Part shown: one piece after another, positions 63,837 to 64,000 of the stretch | Numbering within the stretch: position 1 is the first letter of the stretch | Layout: the number at the start of each line of letters is the position of its first letter | Origin: Betaproteobacteria bacterium | GTDB lineage: Bacteria; Pseudomonadota; Gammaproteobacteria; Burkholderiales; Burkholderiaceae_A | DNA: 64,000 nucleotides | NCBI GenBank assembly: GCA_016868305.1 | Contig: VGHK01000006.1 | Location: forward strand, 2,573 to 66,572 | Reading direction: 5' to 3' | Notes under the pieces: generated by a model | What the model was told of the DNA's origin: nothing | Databases searched by the model: none | The model's input: the letters and a program-made list of their open reading frames with translations, nothing else | Made by a program: the position numbers and the translations under genes

Positions 63837-64000
63837 GTGTTCTGCGCGAACTTAAATACGCCTTGTGCCTGCAGTCGGTCTACGATGCCCCTGTGCCATA
63901 GATGGTTCATATGGGCAATGGTCTCTCCCATGGCGAATGTGAACTGATGAAAGTCGAGGGCCCTTGGAAAGAGTATCGGCAGCATCTCTGCGCAGGTTTT
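63833..64000 (-). CDS. C-terminal end of a probable MBL-fold metallo-hydrolase (starts beyond the window)
   Basis: Open frame KTCAEMLPILFPRALDFHQFTFAMGETIAHMNHLWHRG...FKFAQNT*; resembles the winged-helix tail of proteobacterial MBL hydrolases. Confidence 0.6.
   Translation of the reverse strand, partial: KTCAEMLPILFPRALDFHQFTFAMGETIAHMNHLWHRGIVDRLQAQGVFKFAQNT

Overview
Bacterial chromosomal segment, most likely from a Betaproteobacterium (Burkholderiales-like, inferred from the recG-oxyR, fkpB-ispH, nadD-rsfS and cysB homologues). It has two parts. (1) About 0.15-50 kb is a dense catabolic block of ~45 enzyme and transporter genes with no recognisable regulator or mobility gene. It encodes a PuuE-like deacetylase-fold hydrolase, a luciferase-like monooxygenase plus flavin reductase, a 2,6-dihydroxypyridine-3-hydroxylase-like monooxygenase, and an ATP-dependent hydantoinase/oxoprolinase A+B pair whose B subunit carries a fused acetone-carboxylase gamma domain. 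It also has a deviant 766-aa amidase, several alpha/beta hydrolases (one DHPON-hydrolase-like), an amidohydrolase-2, two paralogous CocE/NonD hydrolases and a CoxG-M-S-L-type molybdenum hydroxylase that is not a form I CO dehydrogenase. The rest comprises three TRAP binding proteins with two permease pairs, maleyl-isomerase and fumaryl-hydrolase genes, a sugar-acid-like module, a tandem OsmC protein, a cupin and a VOC protein. A shared 16-bp inverted repeat (consensus about TTRATC-N4-GATYAA-TA) recurs in five promoter regions, suggesting one regulon. A ~100-nt nested-stem element at 37.5 kb is a candidate structured RNA. (2) About 50-64 kb is housekeeping: a spermidine-synthase/transporter fusion, ispH, fkpB, ridA, recG, oxyR, cysM, rsfS, nadD, chrA, sco, a stand-alone MnmC oxidase domain and cysB. 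This part includes two apparent CTG-initiated genes, an RsfS with a repeat-encoded basic tail, a frameshifted and truncated panB remnant, and the 3' end of an MBL-fold hydrolase. No rRNA, tRNA, CRISPR array, transposase or integrase was seen. All family assignments come from motif recognition by eye; no database searches were run.
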